From: Cyanobacteriota bacterium
GTDB taxonomy: Bacteria > Cyanobacteriota > Cyanobacteriia > Cyanobacteriales > Nostocaceae
Reading direction: 5' to 3'
DNA: 64,000 nucleotides
Assembly: GCA_046045965.1 (NCBI GenBank)
Contig: JBJOKS010000007.1
Span: 1-64,000, forward strand
Part shown: piece by piece, positions 9,485 to 18,787 of the stretch
Layout: every line of letters starts with the position of its first letter
How positions within the stretch are numbered: the stretch's first letter is position 1
The notes under the pieces: model-generated
Told to the model about the DNA's origin: nothing
The model's database searches: none
Seen by the model: only the letters and a program-made list of their open reading frames with translations
Position numbers and translations under genes: made by a program

Positions 9485-9916
9485 TCAGTCTTCATCCTCC
9501 TCGGTCATACCAGGGTTGATTAATGTGATATCGTACTCACTGGCATCAGTTTGTCCTAAAGGTTGAGAATTTTTTAGCAAATAATAAATAGCGCGCACCT
9601 GAGGTCCAAACACAATTTCATCTTCATTTTTGAGATCATGGGCTGGCAATTTGCGTCCATTAATCATTAAACCGTTAGAACTAGGCTTACCTTTGGGATC
9701 ACCATCGACAATGCGGTAATAATAATTATGATTACTATTCTTGCGTGGTAATCTGACTAATGTGGCATGGTGACGGGACACAAACTGCGATATCAAACGG
9801 ATATTACAATTACGATCTCTGCCGATAGAATAGACGGGATTTTCCAGAGGAAATTCTTTACGTCCTTGATCGTCTTCGATAATCAGTAAATGGTTTTCAA
9901 CGAGTTCTGCTGCCAT
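9485..9916 (-). CDS. FHA domain protein
   Basis: IGR, VSRHHA and SSNG FHA motifs; likely start MAAELVE at 9916. Confidence 0.9.
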   Translation of the reverse strand: MAAELVENHLLIIEDDQGRKEFPLENPVYSIGRDRNCNIRLISQFVSRHHATLVRLPRKNSNHNYYYRIVDGDPKGKPSSNGLMINGRKLPAHDLKNEDEIVFGPQVRAIYYLLKNSQPLGQTDASEYDITLINPGMTEEDED

Positions 9917-10194
9917 TGACAGATGGTTGTTAAGAGTTGAACTTTGATATAGAAGAGGTTTTTGAGTATGCTTTTCTACCATTTTTCAGAGAAATTCTTT
10001 AATATTCAATCTAAATAGAATTTGAAACTGCGTATTTTTGATTTGGACAAGAGTATATTATTTGCCATTGTTACCATATTTTACCTGAGAGGAGGTGAGA
10101 TTCAGCTTTAGGGAAAAGCTGGGTACTTAAGTATAGTTTAACTCAAGATGGAACTTACTTAGATTTTGTAATCTACTACCTCCCAGTCATGATT

Positions 10195-12642
10195 TTATGG
10201 TCGTTGAGCAAAGCGTCGCAATAAAACTGAGTTAGTGACAACACTAACGGAGCTAAAAGCCATGAGGGCTGCGGCGCTGGATGGGCTAAGAACAAAACCA
10301 AAATTTGGTAACAAAACACCTGCGGCTAAGGGAATGCCAATTGTATTATATGCAAAAGCCCAGAACAAATTTTGACGTATTTTGTTGAATGTGGCACGAC
10401 TAAGTTGAATTGATTCAACAACATCATTTAGACAATCCCGCATCAGTATGATTTCTGCTGTTTCCATAGCGACATCTGTTCCAGAGTGTAAGGCAATGCC
10501 GACATCTGCCTGTGATAAAGCTGGAGCATCATTGATGCCATCTCCTACCATAGCGACGACGGATTGAGAATTGGGTATGATTACGCTTTCCCCAGTTTGA
10601 AGAGATTGAATAGCACTGGCTTTTTTCGCTGGGGAAATACCTGCCATGACATCAGTGCTATCTAGTCCGAGTTGTTGGGCGATCGCACTCGCTGCTTCTA
10701 ATCTATCGCCACTTAGTAGTATGACGCGCAGACCCATCTGACGCAACTTGTTTACAGTGGCTTTTGCATCTGGTCTGAGGGTATCACTAACAGCAATTAA
10801 TCCGGCTAAATTATCACCAACGGCAACACCAATAACTGTTTTCCCCTGTATTGCTAATTTTTGGGCGTTTTCTTGGGCGGTTTCACTGATAGTAATTCCA
10901 TGACGCTGCAACCATTCCCAGTTACCTAACAGTAAGTTTTTGCCTTCTACTACAGCAGATACACCCATTCCCGGCTCGGTATGAAAGTCCACTGCATGGG
11001 GAATTGATAAATTAAGCCGCTGTGCTTCTTGGTGAATTGCTTGAGCTAGGGGGTGATAAGTACCGCTTTCTACTGCTGCTGCTAGTTGCAGAAGTGATGG
11101 GGAAGACTCTTCTAAATTTGTAAATAGTAAACAGTCTGTAACTGTGGGGTTCCCTGTGGTCAGAGTTCCTGTTTTATCAAAGACTACGGTATTTAGCTGG
11201 TGGACTTTTTCTAACACGTCACCACCTTTGATTAATAAACCCCGTTCAGCACCGATGCCAGTACCGACAAGAATAGCTGTAGGAGTGGCTAGTCCTAAAG
11301 CACAGGGACAGGCAACAACCATAACAGCGATCGCTAATTTTAAACTAATTAAAAGTGCAGAATACTGGATGTTGTTTCCTGGGTGATGCGTTGCATGACT
11401 CATCATTTCCATCCCACCAGAAATAGCAGAAATATTAATATCTGGCCAAATGTGAGTACCAAAAAAGTACCAAAACAAGAATGTCAGCAAAGAAGCTGTT
11501 AAAACCGCATAGGTAAAGTAACCAGCAACTGTATCCGCTAATTTCTGAACTGGGGCTTTACGAGTTTGGGCGGCTTCCACCAAAGCGACAATGTGCGCCA
11601 AAGTGGTATCATCGCCGGTACGAGTGGCTTGAATAGCGATCGCACCTGATTGGTTAATTGTTCCCGCTGCAACTGTATCTCCTGGTTGCTTGATCACAGG
11701 TACAACTTCCCCAGTTAACATTGACTCATCCACCGTTGTTTGTCCAAAGCGGACTTCACCATCAACAGGGACTTTATCGCCGGGTAGCACTTGTAACCAT
11801 TCACCAACCCGCACCTGTTCGGCTGGTATCTGAACAATATTTGCCCCTGCTATGAATTTCTCTGAGTCTGGGTTAACAATTAATCTGGCTATCTGAGGCT
11901 GAAGTGCTAATAATTGCCGAAATGCAGATGCAGCGCGTCCTCTAGCTTGTTTTTCTAAAGTTCTTCCCAGCAGGATAAAACCTAGCATCATCACCGGTTC
12001 ATCAAAAAAGCATTCCCAACCCATCTGGGGAAACAACAGCGCCACCAAACTGGTAGTATAAGCCGTCAGAGTTCCCAAACTGACCAAGGTATTCATATTC
12101 GGCGCACCCCGTCGCCAACCTTGCCAGCCATCTATAATGATGGGACGACCAGGAATGAGTAATGCTACTGTTGCTAGTCCACAATGAAACCAGATGTTAT
12201 TCAACCCGATGTCATTGAAAATGGGAAAAATGGTATTTCCAAAATGCCCAATTCCTGAAAATAACAATAACAACGCAGCAATTACTAATTGTTTGAAAGC
12301 TGCTTGCATTTCCTGGCGCTGTTTTGCGGTTGGATCAGATTTTGCTCCTGTGGCTTGAGTTTTCGCCGTGCGGGGTTGAGAGGGAAAACCTGTGGCTGTT
12401 AAGACTTTTGCTAGTGTATCCGCATCGACAGCACCAACTTCTGCTTCTACAACTGCGACTTCTGTAGCGAGGTTGACGCAGACATTTTGAACTGCTGGAT
12501 GTTGGGTTAGTTGTTTTTCTACCGCTTTCACACACCCAGCACACTTCATACCCCCCACATCTAAAATAATTTTCTCTGAGTTTGTATCTCTATTGGGGGG
12601 GGTAGACTCTGGGGTAAGTTTAGTTTCTGGGGCAAGCTGCAT
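10195..12642 (-). CDS. ctaA: Heavy-metal (Cu) translocating P1B-type ATPase, CtaA-like
   Basis: GMKCAGC metal-binding domain, TGE, CPCALGLATP, DKTGT, GDGIND, YN and MAFSS. Confidence 0.85.
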   Translation of the reverse strand: MQLAPETKLTPESTPPNRDTNSEKIILDVGGMKCAGCVKAVEKQLTQHPAVQNVCVNLATEVAVVEAEVGAVDADTLAKVLTATGFPSQPRTAKTQATGAKSDPTAKQRQEMQAAFKQLVIAALLLLFSGIGHFGNTIFPIFNDIGLNNIWFHCGLATVALLIPGRPIIIDGWQGWRRGAPNMNTLVSLGTLTAYTTSLVALLFPQMGWECFFDEPVMMLGFILLGRTLEKQARGRAASAFRQLLALQPQIARLIVNPDSEKFIAGANIVQIPAEQVRVGEWLQVLPGDKVPVDGEVRFGQTTVDESMLTGEVVPVIKQPGDTVAAGTINQSGAIAIQATRTGDDTTLAHIVALVEAAQTRKAPVQKLADTVAGYFTYAVLTASLLTFLFWYFFGTHIWPDINISAISGGMEMMSHATHHPGNNIQYSALLISLKLAIAVMVVACPCALGLATPTAILVGTGIGAERGLLIKGGDVLEKVHQLNTVVFDKTGTLTTGNPTVTDCLLFTNLEESSPSLLQLAAAVESGTYHPLAQAIHQEAQRLNLSIPHAVDFHTEPGMGVSAVVEGKNLLLGNWEWLQRHGITISETAQENAQKLAIQGKTVIGVAVGDNLAGLIAVSDTLRPDAKATVNKLRQMGLRVILLSGDRLEAASAIAQQLGLDSTDVMAGISPAKKASAIQSLQTGESVIIPNSQSVVAMVGDGINDAPALSQADVGIALHSGTDVAMETAEIILMRDCLNDVVESIQLSRATFNKIRQNLFWAFAYNTIGIPLAAGVLLPNFGFVLSPSSAAALMAFSSVSVVTNSVLLRRFAQRP

Positions 12643-13037
12643 GGTAAGTTTTTAGATTCGCTACAAAATTTCAATGCCTGACAAAAGGCGGTTCTACTTT
12701 GAGCGTAGGCGAAATCTGGAACTATGACCAACCGTAATAGTATTTAATTAAAAAAATAAAATATTGAGTGAAGTTTGTAAACTACCGTCAATGACTCCAG
12801 CGCCTATAAGTCATATAAATCACAGATCCCATTTGGATAGGCAGCATGAAAAGTAGACTTTTATATAAATAGTTGATTTCTAAACTAGATATAGTGGTGA
12901 AATAAGTCATACCTAGCAGTAATAATATTAGCCAAGCCATCTGTTTGTTGAGTATTGCCATATTTTCAGGGAATAGGTAAATATAGAATAGGGAAATTCA
13001 AAATTCTTAGCTCCTGACTCCTGAATTCTTAGAATTT

Positions 13038-13319
13038 TTAGAACCACCCCTGTTTATTAATGAAGTAGGTATTAACAAAATCTTCATGGTTTTTATTCAA
13101 GTAGATCATGCCCTCAACTAACCCGACAAGCTGCATAATTATTAATGTAAATCCGTAAGTGAGAGAACCACCAACAACAGAAATAACTAGCATGATAAAA
13201 CCTTCCGGGGCATAACCAAGAACAAATTTATGTAGTCCAAGTCCCCCAACAATAATGCCACAGTAACCAGCTAGAAGTTGTTTGGTAGCGTGAGAGGGGT
13301 TGACATTAGCCATATTCAA
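13038..13319 (-). CDS. TM2/NINE domain membrane protein
   Basis: GGLGLHKFVLGY motif. Confidence 0.85.
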   Translation of the reverse strand: MNMANVNPSHATKQLLAGYCGIIVGGLGLHKFVLGYAPEGFIMLVISVVGGSLTYGFTLIIMQLVGLVEGMIYLNKNHEDFVNTYFINKQGWF

Positions 13320-13346
13320 AGCTCCTTGATATATAAGGCATGGAGG

Positions 13347-13437
13347 TATAGCAGGAGTCAGGAGTCAGGAGTAAAACCCTCTGGTAGTGGAAGTTTCATT
13401 ATCAATTGATGTCCTAACCACCCTGTCCACAGCTATA
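13347..13437. mobile_element. Short TATAGC...GCTATA-bounded element containing STRR (CAGGAGT)
   Basis: Terminal TATAGC/GCTATA with internal heptamers. Confidence 0.4.
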
Positions 13438-13785
13438 TAAAATGGAATATTTCCGAATATTTATAGCTAAAGCAAAATCACCCTAATTTCCGAAGAAATT
13501 AGAAATTTACCAACAAAATAGAATTTTGAGGCTAGACAAACAAATTAGATTTTATTTTGAATCTTCAAGTCAAAATCCAAAATTTAAAATCTAAAATTTG
13601 GTGTGTTGGCTGATAAATTTCAGTGTGGATGGTTGACAGATTTATAGGTTCAACATTGATGTGTAATATCATTAACCTTAATAATCGGCAGCATCTTTCA
13701 CACTACTCTAGTGTTTACGGGTTGATAGTTATTATGTCCGGGAATTTTTTGAGTTATACCAATTTGAAAAATACTCATGACAAAT

Positions 13786-13845
13786 GTAGGTTGGGTTGAG
13801 GTAAGAAACCGAATATCTCAAAGTCTTGTATAAGTTGGGTTTCAC
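13786..13845. repeat. Degenerate GTAGGTTGGGTTGA REP-like element
   Basis: Left arm intact; right arm truncated at TTGGGTTTCAC. Confidence 0.55.
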
Positions 13846-13967
13846 TGTCACCTGTTACCTGTCACCTGCTATAGCTGTAATGTTGAGCTAATGGAAATTT
13901 GAGAATTTCAGATTTATATGTCGATATAATCAAAAATTTTGGATTTTTTCATCCGTGATTGTCAGTT

Positions 13968-15542
13968 TTAATTATTGCTGCTACCTAACAGGAACAAGCT
14001 GAGTAATGTGCCACTATTCCAGAGTCCGTGGAGGAGCATAGGGGCGAGAAGATTGCGTGATCGCGTGTACACTATTCCTAAGACTATACCTAATGCTGTA
14101 AGTGGCAGAACTTCGGATAAGCTGAGGTGAGCAGCAGCAAATAGCAAACTACTAACTAAAATTGCTCCCCAAACAGGTAGATAACGAGTCAAGGAGGGTA
14201 ATAAAAACCCCCGAAATAGAAATTCTTCAAAAAATGGCGCTGCTATAGCCGCAGTCAAGAAAAATATTCCCAATGCTACATTATCTCTGCTTTCTAGCGC
14301 CAGTTGTAAAAGCGGGTTACTACCGCCTTGTCCTTGCCATAGTTGTTGATTAATCAAAGATACTATCACCACTATGGGTAAAGCTGTGCAGTAGCCACCC
14401 AGTCCCCACAAAAACCAATTACTGAGAAAACGGAAGCGAAACCAGTCTTCTGGTAGGGGAAAATAACGCCTAATAGAAAAATACAACACTGAAAACGCAC
14501 CCAAGGCAACCAGCACGTAACTCACCAAAACAGAAAAAGCCTGAACTCGCACATTATCGGAGGCGCGGGAAATAGGGAGGAGGGTTAGCAATTCAGGTAT
14601 AAATAATTGTCCCATCAGGAAAAATCCCAGGACAAATACCTGTACAATTGTTTCTACATTCCAAGGAGTTGACCAAGGCTTTTGGGCATTTTGACCTAGT
14701 ATAGATTCTCTTCCCTTCAGCAAACTTTGACCTAACAAAAAGACCAGTAGTATCAGACCAATAAAGGCTGTTAAGCTGGGAATAGCGGCAATTATTGCTA
14801 ATTTCCATACTGCGTCGATAGCGGCTGCTTGTTGTGCAGATTGAACATTTATTAAAGCATCTTCACGTTGTTGGAGTTGGTATAGCTGAGTTAAAGCTGT
14901 GGAGCGAAACCAACCTTCTAAATTTTCTTGAATCAGTGGTTGAGCATTTGGGAGTAGACGAGGGGGGTTGCTCCATAGTCCACTGAGTACATTAGCAGTT
15001 TCCTTAAATTCTGTCTTAGAGGCTTGTTGTACTTGACTCCAAGTTTTCAGGGCGTTTTCTGTTTCCCCTTGCTGTACCTGTAAAATTCCCAAACGTAAAT
15101 CTAATTCATCCCGCAATTTTTGCAGTTTGTTGACTGACTTCTCTAGCTGTTTTTGTTGTTCTTGGGGAGAGGTTTTGGTTTCCAGGGGGTCATTTGGTAG
15201 GGGTTTGGGAGGTGTGATAGCAGTGATGTCTTGAGCGCGAAGTTTTGCAAGTTTGTTTTCGGCTTTGTCCAAGTTAGTTTGGACAGACTCACGGGCTTGT
15301 TGATATTGCTTGGCAGCACTTTCTAGGGGTTTTACACCTACTATCGCTTCCCGAATAGCCAGAAGACTCTCGTCGTTGCTATCTTCTGGTTGCCATGCTT
15401 GGGCTTGCAGGACAATATTAGTTTGGTACAGTTCCAAACGACTTTGAAACTGAGGTTTTTGCCAACTAGCAAATAAAGACAAGCCGGACAACATCATTGC
15501 TAACAATGTCAACCCAATTAACAGCAACCGCTTAAGTGTCAT
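13968..15542 (-). CDS. CPBP (CAAX/Abi) intramembrane metalloprotease with large extracytoplasmic domain
   Basis: EEFLFRG, FAAAH and HGLWN motifs; multiple TM helices. Confidence 0.92.
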   Translation of the reverse strand: MTLKRLLLIGLTLLAMMLSGLSLFASWQKPQFQSRLELYQTNIVLQAQAWQPEDSNDESLLAIREAIVGVKPLESAAKQYQQARESVQTNLDKAENKLAKLRAQDITAITPPKPLPNDPLETKTSPQEQQKQLEKSVNKLQKLRDELDLRLGILQVQQGETENALKTWSQVQQASKTEFKETANVLSGLWSNPPRLLPNAQPLIQENLEGWFRSTALTQLYQLQQREDALINVQSAQQAAAIDAVWKLAIIAAIPSLTAFIGLILLVFLLGQSLLKGRESILGQNAQKPWSTPWNVETIVQVFVLGFFLMGQLFIPELLTLLPISRASDNVRVQAFSVLVSYVLVALGAFSVLYFSIRRYFPLPEDWFRFRFLSNWFLWGLGGYCTALPIVVIVSLINQQLWQGQGGSNPLLQLALESRDNVALGIFFLTAAIAAPFFEEFLFRGFLLPSLTRYLPVWGAILVSSLLFAAAHLSLSEVLPLTALGIVLGIVYTRSRNLLAPMLLHGLWNSGTLLSLFLLGSSNN

Positions 15543-15713
15543 TTATCCCCCTTTACCTGTTGTAGAGTTCTATGCCCCTTGGAAATTATAAGCTAGTCTG
15601 GAATTTTGGGGGGGTATAATCAGCATTTTGGCGGGTTGCCACTGTCTGAGGGGGTAGTGGTGACAAATTTAGCTATCTGTTATTTGTATATCTGAAATGA
15701 GATTATATGCAGT

Positions 15714-15762
15714 TTGACACTCCCCGGCGTAAACGCACGGGGATTCGACATTCTACGTCAGT
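15714..15762 (-). mobile_element. Solo IS200/IS605-family right end
   Basis: Minus strand GAATCCCCGTGCGTTTACGCCGGGGAGTGTCAA: GAAT guide, hairpin and TCAA cleavage tetramer; no tnpA or tnpB nearby. Confidence 0.7.
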
Positions 15763-15800
15763 AATAAAAGCTGTTTACCTCAGCTGAGTGAGGAGTGCAT

Positions 15801-16052
15801 TTACTGACCTAGCATTTGTGGTGCTTTATCTAGTCTCCAGGAGAAATAATTCTCTGGGTTGTTGTCAGGAACAATATACCCAGTAGCTCCTGACTTCTGA
15901 GGGGGTTTAGGAGGACCACCTGGTTGTCCTTGTCCTTGTTGTCCTGGTATTTGTGGTATTTGTGGTTGTGGTATTTGTTGTCCTGGTTGTCCTTGTCCTC
16001 CAACCAAAAACTCTTGTGCTTCTGTGGATAGTTCTTCAAGTAAATTAAACAT
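15801..16052 (-). CDS. Double-glycine-leader peptide precursor (bacteriocin/RiPP-like) with Gln/Pro/Gly-rich core
   Basis: MFNLLEELSTEAQEFLVGG leader with ELS at -13..-11; GAGGT SD 8 nt before ATG at 16052. Confidence 0.7.
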   Translation of the reverse strand: MFNLLEELSTEAQEFLVGGQGQPGQQIPQPQIPQIPGQQGQGQPGGPPKPPQKSGATGYIVPDNNPENYFSWRLDKAPQMLGQ

Positions 16053-16137
16053 GGAAATTGACCTCACTTACGTTATTGATTTAATTAAGGGTTTGTCTCC
16101 CTTTATGAATTGACAATAAGTAGTTTTTGACGGTAAT

Positions 16138-16416
16138 TCATGTGTCAGATGGCAGAATTTCTATTATGCCTTTTGATTGCCAGAAGAGGTAGAGTGTCAT
16201 TGATACAGCTAAAATAATAGCGATGATAAAATTACCAAAATTGCTTTTCGGGTTTTCGTGTTCAAATAGTGAAGTCATAATTTCTAAAGTACCGCATTCA
16301 TAAGCAAACCGAGAACCCCTATCCTCACCTGTATCTCTCAAAAAGGCTTCAAAGGTTTCCCAGCTAACGTTATATAAAACCGTTCTTTGTTCAGCAGAAA
16401 TTGACTCCAGAAGCAT
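16138..16416 (-). pseudogene. Truncated Uma2-family endonuclease
   Basis: EQRTVLYNVSWETFE...RFAYECGTLEIM...EHE is a Uma2 N-terminus; catalytic half replaced by an unrelated hydrophobic tail. Confidence 0.75.
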
Positions 16417-16431
16417 ATACAATACCTATTC

Positions 16432-16586
16432 CAATACTGTTCAGTTAAGAGTTTTCGTAGGTTGGGTTGTAGCTTGCTTCCCGTAGGGTACAAAGTGAAA
16501 CCCAACAAACCCTTGTCAATTTCGGGTTTCCTATCGTCAACCCAACCTACATAATTATATATTTTGGGCTTAACCTAAAAGTATTG
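16432..16586. mobile_element. Nezha-like MITE (155 bp) with 18-bp TIRs and 10-bp TSD
   Basis: TIRs CAATACTGTTCAGTTAAG / CTTAACCTAAAAGTATTG; ATACCTATTC duplicated at 16422-16431 and 16587-16596. Confidence 0.9.
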
Positions 16587-16590
16587 ATAC

Positions 16591-17190
16591 CTATTCCATC
16601 ACGATACTAGATAAAATACCTAAAATCTTACCGATATTATTAATATAATATTCGCTCAAGTCAATTTCTACAACTTGATTAATAAGTTTTAAAAATTTCC
16701 AGTTAGTACCAGTAGTGACAGTTCCGTAAATTGTTTGAATGCTATTACCTTCACGTTCATTAAACATTCTTGCGGCGATCATTTCCGCCACACATTGTCC
16801 CAAACCTGCATTAATATTTTCTTTTTTAGCTTCTACAATTGTTACAACTGGAGCATTAACAATTAATAATTCAGGTGAACGGCTAATAATAAAATCACAA
16901 TTACCGTTTAATCCCTTTTCACTATCTACAGTAAAATCAATTCCTGAAAATAAACTAATTTGATTGTTTAAATATTTTCTAGCGGCTATTAAAATCGGTG
17001 CAATTATCATTTCAGAACGGGATTTTTCCGTATTACTAGCCAGAGCTAAAGGGACATTTTCTTGTAATAACTCTGCTAATAAAGCTGGACATTCAATTTC
17101 TGGAATAGAAGCAAAAATATTAACTTTATCTATAATAGTTAAAGCAAAGGCTTTTCTAACTTTGTCTAGAGTAAATTCACTGTATGACAT
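16591..17190 (-). CDS. Conserved cyanobacterial protein, predicted restriction-endonuclease-like (PD-(D/E)XK) fold
   Basis: G.CDFII, VEAKK, GQCVAEM, G.VTTG..WKF motifs; likely start MSYSEF. Confidence 0.8.
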   Translation of the reverse strand: MSYSEFTLDKVRKAFALTIIDKVNIFASIPEIECPALLAELLQENVPLALASNTEKSRSEMIIAPILIAARKYLNNQISLFSGIDFTVDSEKGLNGNCDFIISRSPELLIVNAPVVTIVEAKKENINAGLGQCVAEMIAARMFNEREGNSIQTIYGTVTTGTNWKFLKLINQVVEIDLSEYYINNIGKILGILSSIVME

Positions 17191-17221
17191 AACTGTCTTC
17201 TCCAGAAGCAATTAACATTCT

Positions 17222-17247
17222 CTTTGCACCTCTGCGTCTCTGCGTGA
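17222..17247. repeat. (CTCTGCGT)x3-type triple repeat
   Basis: CTTTGCAC CTCTGCGT CTCTGCGT GA downstream of sufS. Confidence 0.7.
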
Positions 17248-17301
17248 TAAATAAAAAAAAGGTGGGAATCACCCACCCAAAATATTCAAAATATTATTTA
17301 C

Positions 17302-18567
17302 CTATTCACCGAACACACTAGCAAAAAATTCCAAAGTCTCTTTCAAAGCCTTGATGAAAACATCAATTTCTTCACGAGTATTGTAAAAAGATAAACTCAC
17401 TCTTGCAGTTCCCGCTAAACCTAAATGACGGTGTAAAGGTTGTGTACAATGATGTCCAGAACGAATTGCCACACCTTCTTGATCTAACAAAGTTGCTAAA
17501 TCATTAGCGTGGACACCCTCGGCTGTAAAAGCTGCTAAAGCGGCTCTACCTTCGCCGTGAGCATCGGGTTTTGGTCCGTAGATTCTAATTTGGGGTATTT
17601 GTGTTAATTGCTCGAATAAATAAGCAGTTAATTCGGCTTCATAAGCATGGATTTTATCCATACCAATATTAGTAAGATAATCTATGGCTGCACCAAGAGC
17701 GATCGCTTCCCCAATAGCAGGTGTACCAGCTTCAAATTTATGAGGTAATTCTGCATAGGTAGAATGGTCTAAATATACCTCTGCAATCATTTCCCCGCCA
17801 CCAAAAAATGGCGGCATTGCTGTTAGTAATTCCAACTTACCATACAAAAAGCCAATGCCAGTTGGAGCTAACATTTTATGTCCAGAAGCGACCAACCAAT
17901 CACAATCAATTTCTTGGACATCAATAGGAGTATGAGGGACACTTTGACAAGCATCCATCAAGAATTTCGCACCGTATCTGTGGGCAATTTCGGCTATTTC
18001 TTTGACTGGGTTAATGCAACCCAAAGTATTAGAAACATGAACGATAGACACCAGTTTTGTTTTTTCAGAAATCAGTTGTTTAAACTGTTCCAAATCAAAA
18101 GTTTCTTCTGGTGTTAATTCGACAAACTTTAATATTGCGCCTGTTTTTTGAGCGACAAATTGCCAAGGAACAATATTACTATGGTGTTCCATGACCGAGA
18201 GAATAATTTCATCTCCTGGTTGTAAATTGTTCATTCCCCAACTGTAAGCTACTAAATTAATAGCTTCACTAGCGTTGCGAGTGTAAACAATTTCTTGACG
18301 AGATTTGGCATTAATAAAATGAGCAACCTTATCCCGTGCTGCTTCATAAGCATCAGTAGCTTTCGCACTTAAATAATGTGCGCCACGATGAACATTAGAA
18401 TTATATTGTTCGTAATAATCGCGCCAAGCGTTTAAAACTGATACAGGTTTTTGGGAAGTAGCAGCATTATCGAGATAAACAAGAGGTTTACCGTGAACTT
18501 CCTGTTGTAATATTGGGAAGTCTTTGCGAACTTTATCAGCTAGGGTTTTGGTAGAGGTGAAGGTCAT
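17302..18567 (-). CDS. sufS: Cysteine desulfurase SufS
   Basis: [22 protein letters not shown]. Confidence 0.97.
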   Translation of the reverse strand: MTFTSTKTLADKVRKDFPILQQEVHGKPLVYLDNAATSQKPVSVLNAWRDYYEQYNSNVHRGAHYLSAKATDAYEAARDKVAHFINAKSRQEIVYTRNASEAINLVAYSWGMNNLQPGDEIILSVMEHHSNIVPWQFVAQKTGAILKFVELTPEETFDLEQFKQLISEKTKLVSIVHVSNTLGCINPVKEIAEIAHRYGAKFLMDACQSVPHTPIDVQEIDCDWLVASGHKMLAPTGIGFLYGKLELLTAMPPFFGGGEMIAEVYLDHSTYAELPHKFEAGTPAIGEAIALGAAIDYLTNIGMDKIHAYEAELTAYLFEQLTQIPQIRIYGPKPDAHGEGRAALAAFTAEGVHANDLATLLDQEGVAIRSGHHCTQPLHRHLGLAGTARVSLSFYNTREEIDVFIKALKETLEFFASVFGE

Positions 18568-18605
18568 AATTTAAGAAGTTCAGGAGTTCAGAATAATAAC
18601 TAGAA

Positions 18606-18765
18606 TTTAAGAATAATGAACCACGAAGGCAAGAAGGAAGCGAAGGTAAGATGTTTTAGAGAGATTTTTGGTGAGTTTCCCTATTTTAAGAATAACGAAC
18701 CGCTCCAGACGCAGAGGACACAGAGGTAAGATGTTTTTGAGGTTTTTTTGGTGGGGTTTCCCCAC
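18606..18765. repeat. Two tandem ~79-bp units, each carrying a triple repeat
   Basis: TTTAAGAATAAyGAACC-[core]-GTAAGATGTTTT...TTTTTGGTG.GTTTCCC at 18606 and 18685. Confidence 0.8.
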
Positions 18766-18787
18766 TTTTTAAAGGTGGGGTTTTTGG

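Noticed and set aside
10168..10180. Possible NtcA box upstream of the FHA gene
   Set aside because: Spacing is GTA-N6-TAC, not N8.
15830..16039. 69-aa alternate-frame ORF rich in DNK/YHK
   Set aside because: Frame shadow of the Gln/Pro/Gly repeats; the overlapping frame has the SD and double-glycine leader.
18606..18765. Possible mini-CRISPR (conserved flanks with variable cores)
   Set aside because: Only two units, the cores are themselves dispersed repeats, and there are no cas genes.
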